NCBI GenBank assembly: GCA_030390025.1
Contig: CM059431.1
Coordinates: forward strand, 138,572,001-138,636,000
From: Squalus acanthias
Lineage: Eukaryota
Reading direction: 5' to 3'
DNA: 64,000 nt
Program-made: the position numbers and the translations under genes
Shown here: in pieces, positions 46,800-59,935 of the stretch
Position numbering within the stretch: the first letter of the stretch is position 1
How the letters are laid out: each line of letters starts with the position of its first letter
The notes under the pieces: generated by a model
What the model was told of the DNA's origin: nothing
The model's database searches: none
The model's input: only the letters and a program-made list of their open reading frames with translations

Positions 46800-47137
46800 G
46801 AGTGAGAGTCCCATTGACTCAGATACACACTGGTCCTGGAGATGGACTGGAGAGAAAGGTCAGAGAGAGTGTCCCATTGACTCAGATACACACTGGTCCT
46901 GGAGATGGACTGGAGAGAAAGGTCAGAGAGAGTGTCCCATTGACTCAGATACACACTGGTCCTGGAGATGGACTGGAGAGAAAGGTCAGAGAGAGTGTCC
47001 CATTGACTCAGATACACACTGGTCCTGGAGATGGACGAGGAGAAAGGTCAGAGAGAGTCCCATTGACTCAGATACACACTGGTCCTGGAGATGGGCCGAG
47101 GAGAAAGGTCAGAGAGAGTCCTATTGACTCAGATACA
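46800..47137 (+). repeat. 61-63-bp tandem repeat (about 5.5 units), resumes at 52390
   Basis: Same unit as 16776-16992; interrupted by nested CR1s. Confidence 0.92.
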
Positions 47138-50100
47138 TAGAAAAATAGGAGCAGGAGTAGCCAATTCGGCCCTCCGAGCCTGCTCCGCCATTCAATATGA
47201 TCATGGCTGATCCTCTATCTCAATACCATATTACTGCCATCCCCATACCCCTTGATGCCTTTTGTGTCTAGAAATCTATCTCCTTCTTAAATATATTCAG
47301 TAACTTGGCCTCCACAGCCTTCCGTGGTAGAGAATTCCACAGGTTCACCACCCTCTAAGTGAAGAAATTTCTCCTCATCTCAGTCTTAAATGTCCTACCC
47401 TCTATCCTGAGACTGTGACCCCTTGTTCCAGAACCCCCAGCCAGGGGAAACATCCTCCCTGCATCCAATCTGTCTAGCCCTGTCAGAATTTTAGACGTTT
47501 CAATGAGATCCCCTCTCATTCATCTAAACTCTTGTGAATACAGGCCTAGTCGACCCAATCTCTCTCCATACGACAGTCCTGCCATCCCAGGAATCAATCT
47601 GGTGAACCTTCGCTGCACTCCCTCTGTGGCAAGTATATCCTTTCTTGGGTAAGGAGACCAAAACGGCACACAGTACTCCAGGTCTCACCAAGGCCCTGTA
47701 TAACTGTAGTAAGAACTAAGAACATAAGAAATAGGAGCAGGAGTAGACCAATCGGCCCCTCGAGCCTGCTCCGCCATTCAATGAGATCATGGCTGATCTG
47801 ATCCAACCTCAACTCTAAAGAACACAAGAAGTAGGAGCAGGACCAGGCCACTCGGCCCCTGGGCCCGCTCCGCCACCCACAGGGCCTTGACCGATCCGCA
47901 CTCAAACTCATGTCCAATTTCCAGCCCGCTCCCCGGAACCCTGATTCCCTTTACTTCTAGGAAACGGTCTATTTCTGTTTTAAATTTATTTAATGAAGTA
48001 GCTTCCACAGCTTCCTGGGGTAGCAAATTCCACAGACCCACTACCCTCTGAGTGAAAAAGTTTCTCCTCATCTCAGTTTTGAAAGAGGAGCCCCTTATTC
48101 TAAGATTATGTCCCCTAGTTCTAGTTTCACCCATCATTGGGAACATCCTCACCGCGTCCACCCGATCAAGCCCCTTCACAATCTTATATGTTTCAATAAG
48201 ATTGCTTCTCATTCTTCTGCACTCCAATGAGTAGAGTCCCAATCTACTCAACCTCTCCTCGTATGTCCACCCCCTCATCCCCGGAATTAACCGAGTGAAC
48301 CTTCTTTGTACTGCCTCGAGAGCAAGTATGTCTTTTCTTAAGTATGGACACCAAAACTGTATGCAGTACTCCAGGTGCGGTCTCACCAATACCCTATACA
48401 ACTGCAGCAATACCTCCCTGTTTTTATATTCTATCCCCCTAGCAATAAAAGCCAACATTCCATTGGCTTTCTTGATCATCTGCTGCACCTGCATACTAAC
48501 TTTTTGATTTTCTTGCACCAAGACCCCCAGATCCCTTTGTACTGCAGTACTTTCCAGTTTCTCGCCATTAAGATAATTACTTGCTCTCTGATTTTTCCTG
48601 CCAAAGTGCATAACCTCACATTTTCCAATATTGTATTGCATCTGCCCACTCACCCAGCCTCTCTATATCCCCTTGTAGGTTTTTTATGTCCTCCTCACTC
48701 TCTACTTTCCCTCCCATCTTTGTATCATCTGCAAACTTTGATATGTTACACTCGGTCCCCTCCTCCAAATCGTTAATATAGATTGTAAAGAGTTGGGGAC
48801 CCAGCACCGACCCCTGCGGAACACCACTGGCTACTGGTTGCCAGTCCGAGAATGAACCATTTATCCCAACTCTCTGCTTCCTGTTAGATAACCAATCCTC
48901 CACCCATGCCAGAATATTACCCCCAATCCAGTGATTTTTTATCTTGAGTAATAATCTTTTATGTGGCACCTTGTCGAATGCCTTCTGGAAGTCTAAATAC
49001 ACTACATCCACTGGTTCCCCTTTATCCACCCTGTACGTTATGTCCTCAAAGAACTCGAGCAAATTTGTCAGACATGACTTCCCCTTCATAAAGCCATGCT
49101 GACTTTGTCCTATTAAATTATGTTTATCTAAATGTTCCGTTACTGTCTCCTTAATAATAGACTCCCAAATTTTACCCACCACAGATGTTAGGCTAACTGG
49201 TCTATAATTTCCAGCCTTCTGCCGACAACCCTTTTTAAATAAGGGTGTTACATTAGCAGTTTTCCAATCTGCCGGGACCTTTGCTGAGTTCAGGGAGTTT
49301 TGGAAAATTATTACCAAAGCATCCACAATTCCTACTGCCACTTCCCTCAAGACCCTAGGATGTAAGCCATCAGGTCCAGGGGATTTATCCGCCTTGAGTC
49401 CCATTATTTTACTGAGTACCAATTCCTTAGTGATTTTAATCGTATTTAGCTCCTCCCCCACTAGAGCCCCCTGTTTGTCCAGTGTTGGGATATTCTTAGT
49501 GTCCTCTACCGTAAAGACTGAAACAAAATATTTGTTCAGCATTTTTGCCATCTCCATGTTTCCCACCATTAATTTCCCGGTCTCATCCTCTAAGGGACCT
49601 ACGTTTGCCTTAACCACCCTTTTTCTTTTTATATAACTATAGAAACTCTTGCTATCTGTTTTTATATTTTTTGCTAATTTATTTTCATAGTCTATTTTCC
49701 CTTTCTTAATCAATCCTTTAGTTACTTTTTGTTGTCTTTTGAAGACTTCCCAATCTTCTATCCTCTCTCTAACTTTGGCTACCTTATATGTCCTTGTTTT
49801 TAGTTGGATACTTTCTTTAATTTCTTTACTTAGCCATGGATGGCTGTCATTTCTTTTACACCCTTTTTTCCTCAGTGGAATATATTTATTTTGAAAGTTG
49901 TAAAATAACTCCTTGAATGAACACCACTGCTCATGTACCGTCTTACCCTTTAATCTATTTTCCCAGTCCACTTTAATCAATTCTGCTCTCATGCCATCAT
50001 AGTCTCCTTTATTCAAGCTCAGTAAGCTTGTTTGAGAACCAACCTTCTCACCCTCTAATTGCATATGGAATTCAACCATGTTATGGTCACTCATTCCAAG

Positions 50101-52389
50101 GGGATCCTTAACTAGGACATTATTAATTAATCCAGACTCATTACACAGTACCAGGTCCAAGGTTGCTTGCCCCCTTGTAGGATCAGTTACATACTGCTCA
50201 AGAAATCCATCCCTAAGACACTCAATAAACTCTTCCTCAAGGCTGCCCTGCCCAATTTGATTTGTCCAGTTAATATGATAGTTAAAATCCCCCATAATTA
50301 TAGCTGTTCCCTTATTACATGCCCCAACTATTTCCTGATTAATACTTCTTCCAACAGAGTTGCAACTATTAAGAGGCCTATATACTACGCCCACCAGTGT
50401 TTTTTTTCCCTTTATTATTCCTTATCTCTACCCAAACTGTTTCATTATCCTGATCTTTTGACCCAATATCATTTCTCTGTATTACAGTGATTCCTTCCTT
50501 TATTAACATAGCCACCCCCCCTCCCCTTCCTTCCTGCCTGTCCTTCCTGGTTGTTAAATACCCTGGCATATTTAATTCCCAGACGTTGTCACCCTGCAGC
50601 CATGTTTCTGTAATGGCCACAAGATCATACCCATACATAGTTATTTGTGCCGTTAACTCGTCAATTTTGTTACGAATGCTACGTGCATTCAGATAAAGAA
50701 CTTTCAAATGTGTTTTGTGACACTTACTTCCTGCTTTTTCCTTATTTAACACTTTACCTTTTACTCCATACCTTCTGTCCCTTCCTGACATGCTTTCCTC
50801 TGTCTCCCTGCTCAGGTTCCCAACCCCCTGCCACATTAGTTTAAATCCTCTCCAACAGCACTAGCAAACATCCTTGCTCCTGTACTCTCATCCTCTTGCA
50901 ATGAAGGCCAACATACCATTTGCCTTCCTAACTGCTTGCTGCACCTGCATGTTTGCTTTCAGTGACTGGTGAACAAGGACACCCAGGTCCCTTTGTACAT
51001 CAACATTTCCCAATCAATCACTATTTAAACAATACTCTGCCTTTCTGTTTTTCCTACCAAAGTGGATAACTTCACATTTATCCACGTTATACTGCATCTG
51101 CCATGAATTTGCCCACTCACTCAACTTGTCTAAATCGCATTGAAGCCTCTTTTCATCCTCCTCACAACCCCACCTAGTTTGCTGTTGTCAGTAAACTTGG
51201 AAATATTACATTTGGTGCGCTCATCCAAATCTTTGAGATATATTGTGAATAGCTGGGGCCCAAGCACTGATCCCTGCGGTACCCACTAGTCATCGCCTGC
51301 CACCCTGAAAAAGACCCATTTATTCCTACTCTCTGTTTCCTGTATGTTAACCAATTTTCAATCCATGGCAGTATATTAACCCCAATCCCATGTGCTTTAA
51401 TTTTGCACACTAAACTCTTATGTGGCACTTTATCAACAGCCTTCTGAAAATCCAAATTAACCACATCCACTGGTTCTCCCTTGTCTATTCTACCATTTAC
51501 ATCCTCAAAAAACTCCAGTAGGTTTGTCAAACACGATTTCCCTTTCATAAATCCATGTTGACTTTGTCTAATCCTGTTGATATTTTCTAAATGTCCTGTT
51601 ATCACATCTTTTATAATAGACTCTAGCATTTTCCCTACTACTGATGTTAGGCTATCCGGTCTGTAGTTCCCTGTTTTTTCTCTCCCTCCTTTTTTAAATA
51701 GTGGGGTTACATTTGCCACCCTCCAATCTGCAGGAACTGTTCCATAATCTATAGAATTTTGGAAGAAGACAACCAATGCATCCACTATTTCCATGGCTAC
51801 CTCTTTTAGTACTCTGGGATGCAGATTATCAGTCCCTGGGGATTCATCGGCTTTCAGTCCCATTAATTTCTCCAGCACTTTTTTTTACTAATTTCCTTTA
51901 ATTCCTCCTTCTCACTAGACCCTTGGTTCCCTAGCATTTCTGGGAAGTTATTTGTGTCCTCTTCCATGAAGACAGAACCAAAGTATTTGTTTCATTGCTC
52001 TGCCATTTCCTTATTCCCCATTATAATTTCTCCTGTCTCAGCCTGTAAGGGACCTACATTTGTCTTCACTAATCTTTTTCTTTTTACATACTTGTAGAAG
52101 CTTTTACCGTCTACTTTTATGTTCCTTGCCAGTTTACTCTCATACTCTCTTTTTTCCACTCTTAATCAATCTCTTGGTCCTTTTTTGCTGAACTCTAAAC
52201 TGCTCCCAATCATCAGCCTTGCTACTTTTTCTGGCAACTTTATATGTCTCCTTTTTGGATCTGATACTATCCTTAATTTATTTTGTTAGCCATGGTTGGG
52301 CCGCTTTTCCTTTTGTGTTTTTGCACCAGAAAGGAAAGTATAACTGTTGCAATTCATGCATTCGTTCCTTAAATGTTAGCCATTGCCTA
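47138..52389 (-). mobile_element. Outer CR1 LINE (47138-47714 plus 50869-52389)
   Basis: 3' tail at 47138; the sequence tataactgtagtaaga|catccttgctcctgtact rejoins across the inner element; RT ORF at 51174-51878. Confidence 0.88.
47715..50868 (-). mobile_element. Inner CR1 with near-complete ORF2 (APE and RT; two frame breaks)
   Basis: ORFs 50378-50836 (YLNARSIRNK, AITETW), 48616-50394 (MGDFN, SDHNMV, FADD) and 47787-48653. Confidence 0.93.
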
Positions 52390-52700
52390 TGGTCCTGGAG
52401 ATGGACTGGGGAGAAAGGTCAGAGAGAGTCCCATTGACTCAGATACACACTGGTCCTGGAGATGGATTGGGGAGAAAGGTCAGAGAGAGTCCCATTGACT
52501 CAGATACACACTGGTCCTGTAGACAGTCCACAAAGGCTACACAGTAAGGCAGGAAATGGTGAGAATGAGACTGGGAGTGTCTGACCACCGAGCACAATTA
52601 TCCAGCATGAGGCTGTGCAATGAAATGTGAAGTGAGATCAGTTTCTGTCTCTAAACATAAACAGACAGTCACAGTGAATCTTGTGTGTGTTTTAGTGTAA
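52390..52700 (+). repeat. Two more 61-bp units plus ~200 bp of flank also present at about 55200-55470 and, inverted, at about 16600-16800
   Basis: ctgtagacagtccaca...gagaatgagactgggag...gagcacaattatccagcatgaggc...tctctaaaca occurs at all three places. Confidence 0.85.
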
Positions 52701-53850
52701 ATGAAGTAACATAGAAGGTTGATGAAGGGAGTGCTGTAGATGTGTATATGGACTTTCAAATCCATTTGATAAAGGGCCACATAACAGATTGTTCAGAAAA
52801 TAGACGTGCATGGTATTAAAGGGACGGTGGTAAATTGGGTTCCTAATTGTCTGAGTGATAGGAGGCGGAGAGCAGTGGTGAACAGATGTTTTTCTGACTG
52901 GAGAGAAGGATGCATTGGGTCATCCAGGGGTCGGAATTGGGACCTTTGGTTTTCTTATATTTTAAATGACCTGGACTTCGGTATAGGGAGTGGACCTTCG
53001 AGGTTTGCTGATGATACAAAGTTTGAATCTTGTAAATGGTGAGCTGGATAGTAGCAGACTTTAGAAAGACAGACAGTCTGGTGAAATGGGCAGACACATG
53101 GCAGATGCTATTTAATGTGGATCAGTGTGAACTGATTGACTAGTATATTGAGGGGGTGCAATAGCAGAGGGATCTGGGGGTGCAGATTCAGAAATCTTTG
53201 AAGGTGGTAGGGTAAGTTGATAAGGCTTTTAAGAGAGTGCGTGGGAGATTTTGCTTTGTAAATGGAGCATTGAACACAAAAACAAGGAGGACAATGATAA
53301 CCCATTACAATTCACTGGTTGGGTTGGAGTATTGTGTACAATTCTGGGCACCACACTTTAGGAAGGATGCCAAGGTCATGTAGAGGGTACAGAGGAGGTT
53401 TACCAGGATGATACCAGGGATGACGGACTTCAATTATGTGGCGAGATTGGAGAAGTTGGGATTGTTGCCTTTTGAGCAGAGAAGATTAAGGGAACAACTA
53501 ATAGAGATATTCCAGATTATGAGGGTTTTTGATAGAGCAAATAGGAAGAAATGTTTTCTCTGGCAAGTGGGCGTTAACGAAAGGTCACAGTTTTAAAATA
53601 ATTGGCAAAGGAGCTGGAGGGGAAATTAGGAGAATTTGTTGTACACAGGTTGAAGGTCTGGAATGCACCACCTGCAAAACTGATGTAAACAAATTCCATG
53701 GGAACTTTCCAAAGGCAATTGGACCTGTACTTGGGGAATGAATTTGCAGGGTTATGGGGAGAAAGCTGGGGTGTGGGACTAGTTTGGACATCTTTTCAAA
53801 GAGCCGGCACAGGCACCGTGGGCCGAATGGCCTCCTGTGTTGTAAGATTG
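52700..53850 (+). mobile_element. Old degenerate CR1 fragment (smaller CR1 pieces continue to about 54360)
   Basis: Decayed VYMDF, RFADDTK, LEYCVQFW and 3' tail gggccgaatggcct. Confidence 0.8.
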
Positions 53851-54369
53851 GAAGGGGTTTGATCCAAGAGCCCAGCAGATATTAACTGTCTTCCTGCCCC
53901 AGCACCAATTTGGAAAGAACTGACCTTTATGTTCCCAACAATATCAATATTCTACTGCGTGTTAAGGTAGTTCCAGACACTCAAATATATTTCAGATCCA
54001 GCTCTCAATAAATAATCTAGGCCGTTAAGGGGTGATAGAATCATTGTTACGGCACAGCAGGAGGCCATTTGAGCACTTCAGCTCAATCCGCTGCCCTTTC
54101 CCCGTAGCCCTGCAAATTATTTTCCTTCAGGTACTTATCTTTGGATGGTGGAAAGCATTTCTTCACACAAAGGGCGGTGGAAATCTGGAACTCTTCCCCC
54201 AACAAGCTGTTGAGGCTGGGGGTCAATTGAAAATGTCAAAACTGAGATTAGATGTTTGTTGGGCATTAAGGGTTACGGAGCTAAGGCAGGTGCATGAGGT
54301 TAAGACACATCAGCCATCGTCTAATTGAATGGTGGAACAGGCTGGAGGGCCTCCTCCTGTTGCTGTGTA

Positions 54370-54530
54370 GTCCTCCCGCTACGGGTGGCGCTGTAGTGAT
54401 TCATTCTTGCTCCACTGCTCTCCCGCGCAGGCGCAGTGCCGCTCCCCTGCTGATCCGGGGACGTGCAGTGGGCGGGGTTTGCTGTGGGCCGGGCGGCGCG
54501 GGCCAGTGTGTGAGTGACGGTAAGAAACAG
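54370..54530 (+). promoter_or_regulatory. Additional CpG-rich candidate promoter/first exon
   Basis: NRF1-like gcgcaggcgca, GC box gtgggcgggg, donor-like gacg|GTAAGA near 54520; CpG-rich to about 54850. Confidence 0.5.
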
Positions 54531-55038
54531 GATGGTTGCCCGGGTTACAGGGGCCGCGCTCTGTGACTGAGGGAACTCGGCTCCATTCAGCACACGGCCT
54601 GACGGCGCGGCTGCTCAGCCCAGAGTTTAGATCACAGCGAGGGAGGGAGGGGCTTCACAGTGTCACAGACCCGCTTTGTAACTTGGCAGAGAAACGGAGG
54701 GGAGATTCCTGTCAGCATCAGCTCCCGGGGAATGTGCTGAACCGGCTCACAATACAGGGGCTGGGCCGGGGGTGGAGGGCGCGGTGGGTTCAGGCACTTT
54801 GGACACAAAATGGCGCATTTCCGCCCAGAGCAGTGAGAATGGGGGAGTCTCAGGTGGCAGGAAATTTACTGTGAGGAAAATCTCCAAACACACAGCCCCG
54901 GAACTGGGGATCTGAGGAAAGGGACAAAATCAAACAAATACTCGGCCTTGAAATTTAATTTTTAGTAAGCAGATAAAATGTCTACATTACATTATTTCAC
55001 GCTTTCAATATTCTCATTTTCTGCCCTACCATAATTAG

Positions 55039-55197
55039 ATCTCCCGGTGAATGATGGAGTGATTGAGGAAGGTCCACAGCTGGAAGTAAACAGGGATTGT
55101 AGACTGAGGAACAACAACAGCAGACCAGGATTGTGAACACCAACCAGAGAGAACCCTTCCGATTCAAAGAGCTTCCAGAGATCAACTGTGGAGAAAG
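55039..55197 (+). other. Candidate 5'UTR exon of the right NLR-like paralog
   Basis: Pyrimidine-rich acceptor ...ataattAG and donor gaaag|GTAAGA. Motif evidence only. Confidence 0.35.
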
Positions 55198-56022
55198 GTA
55201 AGAGAGAATCCCATTGACTCAGATACACACTGGTCCTGGAGATGGACTGGGGAGAAAGGTCAGAGAGAGTCCCATTGACTTAGATACACACTGGTCCTGT
55301 AGACAGTCCACAATGGTTACAGGGTATGGCAGGAAATGATGAGAATGAGACTGGGAGAGTCTGACCACTGAGCACAATTATCCAGCATGAGGCCGTGCAA
55401 TGGGATGTGAAGTGAGATCGGTTTCTGTCTCTAAACATACAGTCACAGCAAATCTTGTCTGTATATTTGAGTGTATGGAATTTGATCTGAGAGGTGACTC
55501 CTGTCTGAGGCAGAGCCCAGCAGATGGACACGTGTCTGTTTATTAGGCGGGGCTGAACTCACACCGACACCATCAGATCTCAGTGGTAAAATAGCTCAGA
55601 TCTGGTGACAAATCAAGGGGAAAGATTGAGCAGAGAAACTAATTATAGTCAATTCATTGAACACTATGCAGAGACAAACCTCAAAGATCAGCACGGCCTG
55701 TGACCAGCGGGTACAGAGTATTGTCAGATAGTGAATGCTGAGCACACCTTCATTACCTTTGGACATCCCCAGTGTTTAGTACCGGGGACGGTGAAAGACT
55801 TCAAACGCCGGGTGAGTGTTTGCCTCCTGTTTCATTGGTCACAGACACACACAACACAGAAGTAGAACAACACCAGTCAAAGCAAGCAGGGAATGTGCTT
55901 TGAAAATCAACATCAGATACACAGCGAGCATCAGATTCCCAGTGTATTCTGAAATGGTGAGAACCCAAACCAAGTAGAACACAGAATATAGTCTGAAATG
56001 GGGATGAGTAATAATATTAGAA

Positions 56023-56218
56023 ATAAAAGCTGAAAGTGCTGGAAACACTGAGCGGGTCAGGCAGCGACTGTGGGGAGAGGAAGGTGGGGTTAATGTTTCA
56101 GATCCTGAACCTGTTCTCAGGAAAGGTCATTGACCTGAACCGTTAACCCCACCGTCCCCTCCCCACAGACACTGCCTGACCCGCTGAGTGTTTCCAGCAT
56201 CTCCAGTATTTTGCTGTT
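56023..56218. mobile_element. PLE-derived fold-back element (paralog of 15832-16057)
   Basis: Perfect 16-bp TSD agtaataatattagaa at 56007-56022 and 56219-56234. Confidence 0.75.
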
Positions 56219-56279
56219 AGTAATAATATTAGAAGTTGGTTTTGATATTAGAAGAGATGTATGTTCTAATATCAAAAGA

Positions 56280-58350
56280 TAGCGAGAGTACAGTGTCAAC
56301 ATGTTCCTGTAAAGGTCAAGGGTGGGACCAACAAGTCCAGGGAACCCTGGATGTCAAGGGATATGCAAGAATGGATTAGGAAAAAAAGGGATGCTTTTGG
56401 CAGATACAAAGGACTAAAAACAGTGGAAGCCCTAGAGGAGTATAGAAAGTGCAGGGGGGTACTTAATTTTTTTTTTTTTTTTAAGGAGAGCGAAGAGGGG
56501 GCATGAAAAAACACCGGCGGGCAAAATAAAGGAAAATCCCAAGGTGTTTTATAGTAGATTAAGGGCAAGAGGATAACCAGGGAAAGAGTAGGGCCCATTA
56601 GGGACCAAAGTGGCAAACTGTGTGTAGAGCCGGAAGATGTAGGTGAGGTTTTAAATGAATATTTTGCATCTGTGTTCACCTATGGAGAAGGACGATGTAA
56701 GCATAGAAATCGGGCCGGGGGATTGTGATATACTTGAACAAATTAGCATTGAGAGGGAGGAGGTATTAGTGCTTTTAGCGGGCTTAAAAGTGGATAAATC
56801 CCCAGGCCCAGACGAGATGTATCCCAGGCTGCTGTGTGAGGCAAGGGAGGAGATTGCAGGGGCTCTGACACAAATTTGCAGATCCTCTCTGGCCACAGGG
56901 GAGGTGCCTGAGGACTGGAGGACAACTAACGTAGTACCATTATTCAAGAAGGATAGTAGGGATAAACCAGGGAATTACAGGCCAGTGAGCCTAACATCAG
57001 TGGTAGGGAAATTATTGGAAAAAATTCTGAGGGACAGAATTAGTCTCCACTTGGAGAGGCAAGGATTAATCAAGGATAGTCAGCATGGCTTTGTCAGGGG
57101 AGATCATGTCTAACCAATTTGATAACATTTTTCGAGGAGGTGACTAGGTATGTGGATGAGGGTAGTGCAGTTAATGTAGTCTACATGGACTTCAGTAAGG
57201 CTTTTGACAAGGTCCCGCATGACAGACTGGTCAAGAAGGTAAGAGCCCATGGGATCCAGGGCAATTTGGCACATTGGATCCAAAATTGGCTTAGTGGCAG
57301 GAGGCAGAGGGTGATGGTCGAAGGTTGTTTTTGTGACTGGAAGCCTGTGTCCAGTGGTGTACCGCAGGGATCGGTGCTGGGTCCCTTGCTGTTTGTAGTG
57401 TACATTAATGATTTAGATATGAATGCAGGAGGTATGATCAGTAAGTTCGCAGATGACACGAAAATTGGTGGGGTGGTAAATAGCGAGGAGGGAAGCCTCA
57501 GGCTACAGGACGATATAGATGGGTTGGTTAGATGGGCAGAACAGTGGCAAATGGAATTTAACCCTGAAAAATGTGAGGTGATGCATTTTGGGAGGACTAA
57601 CAAGGCAAGGGAATACACAATGAATGGTAGGACCCTAGGAAGGACAGAGGATCAGAGGGACCTTGGTGTGCATGTACATAGATCCCTGAAGGCAGCAGCA
57701 CAGGTAGATAAGGTGGTTAAGAAGGCATATGTGATATGCCTCGGCTAATGAAGGCAAGAGCAGGGAGGTTATGATGGAGTTGTACAAAATGCTAGTTAGG
57801 CCACACCTGGAATACTGTGTGCAGTTCTGGTTGCCACACTATAGGAAGGATGTGATTGCTTTGGAGAGGGTGCAGAGGAGATTCACCAGGATGTTACCTG
57901 GGCTGGAGCGCTTCAGCTATGAAGAGAGACTGGACAGGCTGGGATTGTTTTCCTTAGAGCAGAGAAGGCTGAGGTGGGACCTGATTGAGGTGTACAAAAT
58001 TATAAGGGGCATAGTTAGGGTAGATAGAAAGGAAATTTTCCCCTTAGGAGAGGGCGCAATAACCAGGGGGCATAGTTTCAAGGTAAGGGGCAGGAGGTTT
58101 AGAGGGGATTTGAGGAAAAACTTTTTCACCCAGAGGGTGTTTGGAATCTGGAAGTCACTGCCTGAAAGGGTGGTAGAGGCAGGAACCCTCACAACATTCA
58201 AGAAGCATTTAGATGAGCACTTGAAACGTCATAGCATACAAGGCTACGGACCAAGTGTTGGAAAATGGGATTAGAATAGATAGGGCTTGATGGCCGGTGC
58301 AGACACGATGGGCCGAAGGACCTCTTTCTGTGCTGTATAACTCTATGACT
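56280..58350 (+). mobile_element. CR1 (HER1-like), paralog of 13680-15770
   Basis: ORFs 56655-57113, 57119-57748 and 57771-58274. Confidence 0.93.
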
Positions 58351-58659
58351 ATGTTTCCTCCCTTGTACAATGTCCGTGTGACTGTTCAGACTGCAATAAA
58401 TTCCTGTTCCCACTCTGCCCCCTGCCTCTCCCTCTCTTTCCTCTGCCTCTACCCCCGCCACACTGACCGAACCCCTGTGCCCGCTGGACGTCCAACCCCT
58501 CAGCCTGTGAGAGTCACCAGTCTTTCCATTGTAAGTGTTCCCTAGACAGTGCACCCTGCTGTTGTGTGGAGATACATGAAAGGCATCAACCAGCTGTGTC
58601 AGTGGGAGGGATTCTCCTGGGTGAGCAGCACCTGTGGGACAGGTAGACAGGTAACATTA

Positions 58660-59935
58660 GCCATTGTCTTCGGTCCCCGCCACGAGCTGTGTTCCGAGGC
58701 ATCGACTCCATCCCTCTCCCTGCCCACTGTCTGAGGCTGAATCAGTGCATCCGTAATCTTGCTGCCGTATTTGATCGTAGGATGAGCTTCTGACCACATA
58801 TCCACTCCATGACCAACACCGTCTACTTCCAGCCCCGTAACAGCGCCGGTCTCTGCCCCTGCCTCAGCTCATCTGTTGCTGATACCCTCATCCATTCCTT
58901 TGTTACCTCTAGACTTGACTGTTCCAAGGCTCTCCTGGCCAGCCTCCCTTTTCCACTCTCCATAAACTTTAACTCATCCAAAACTCTGCTCCGCGTGTTC
59001 TAACTCGACAACAAGTCCCGTTCACCCATTATCCCTGTGCTCGCTGACCGATATTGGCTCCGGGTCTGGTGTTGCATTGATTTTATAATTCTCATCCTTG
59101 TTTTCAAACCCCTCCATGGTCTTGCCCCTCCCTGTGTCTTTAATTGCTTCCAGTCCGACATCCCTCCGAAATCCCAGCGCTGCTCCAATTCTGACCTGTG
59201 GCACATCTCCGATTTCCTTCTCTCCACCATTGGTGGCTGTGCCTTTAGCTGCGGAGGCCCTAAGCTCTGGAATTCCCTCTTTAAACATCTCTACCCCTCT
59301 CTGCTCCTTTGAGACGCTCCTTAAAACCTACTTCTTTGACCAAACGTTTGGTCACATAAAAGCTACTTATGGCTGGGTCCGTGGGGGGCTGGGCCGGGCC
59401 AGCGGGGGTGCGCGGGGCCGGGCCAGCGGGGGTGCGCGGGGCCGAGCCAGCGGGGGTGCGTGGGGCCGGGCCAGCGGGGGTGCGCGGGGCCGGGCCAGCG
59501 GGGGGGCGGGTCTGGGTCAGTGTTGGTGTCGGAGCTGGGACAGTGGGTTGTGGGGCTGGTCCAGTTTGGTGCATGGCAGTGCCAGTGGTGTATGTAGCTG
59601 CGACTGCGGGGTGAGAAATAGCTTCAAAGCCCTGCTCACTCATCATCCCTGTGCATGTGAACCTACATTGGCTCCCGGTTCCCCGAGCGTCTCCAATTTA
59701 AAAGTCCCATCGTTGTTTAAATCCCTTCCTGTCTCTAAGCTCCTCCAGCCGTACAATCCCCACCACCAAGATCTCTCTAGTCCTGCAACTCAGGCCTCTT
59801 GTGGCATTTCACCCTCTCCTCCCCCCATCTATGGCGGCTGTGCCTTCGGCTGTCCCGGCTAAATGTTCATCAATTCTCCAGCTCCCTCCTCCTTTAGAAC
59901 CCTCCCAAACTCACTGGTGTGACCAACATTCTGAC
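58660..59935 (+). mobile_element. L2-type fragments, paralog of 12090-13370
   Basis: FKPLHGLAPP, IGGCAFSCGGPKLWNSL. Confidence 0.7.
59391..59506 (+). repeat. 24-bp GC-rich tandem repeat, about 5 units
   Basis: gggccgggccagcgggggtgcgcg; the corresponding left-arm tract has different units. Confidence 0.85.
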
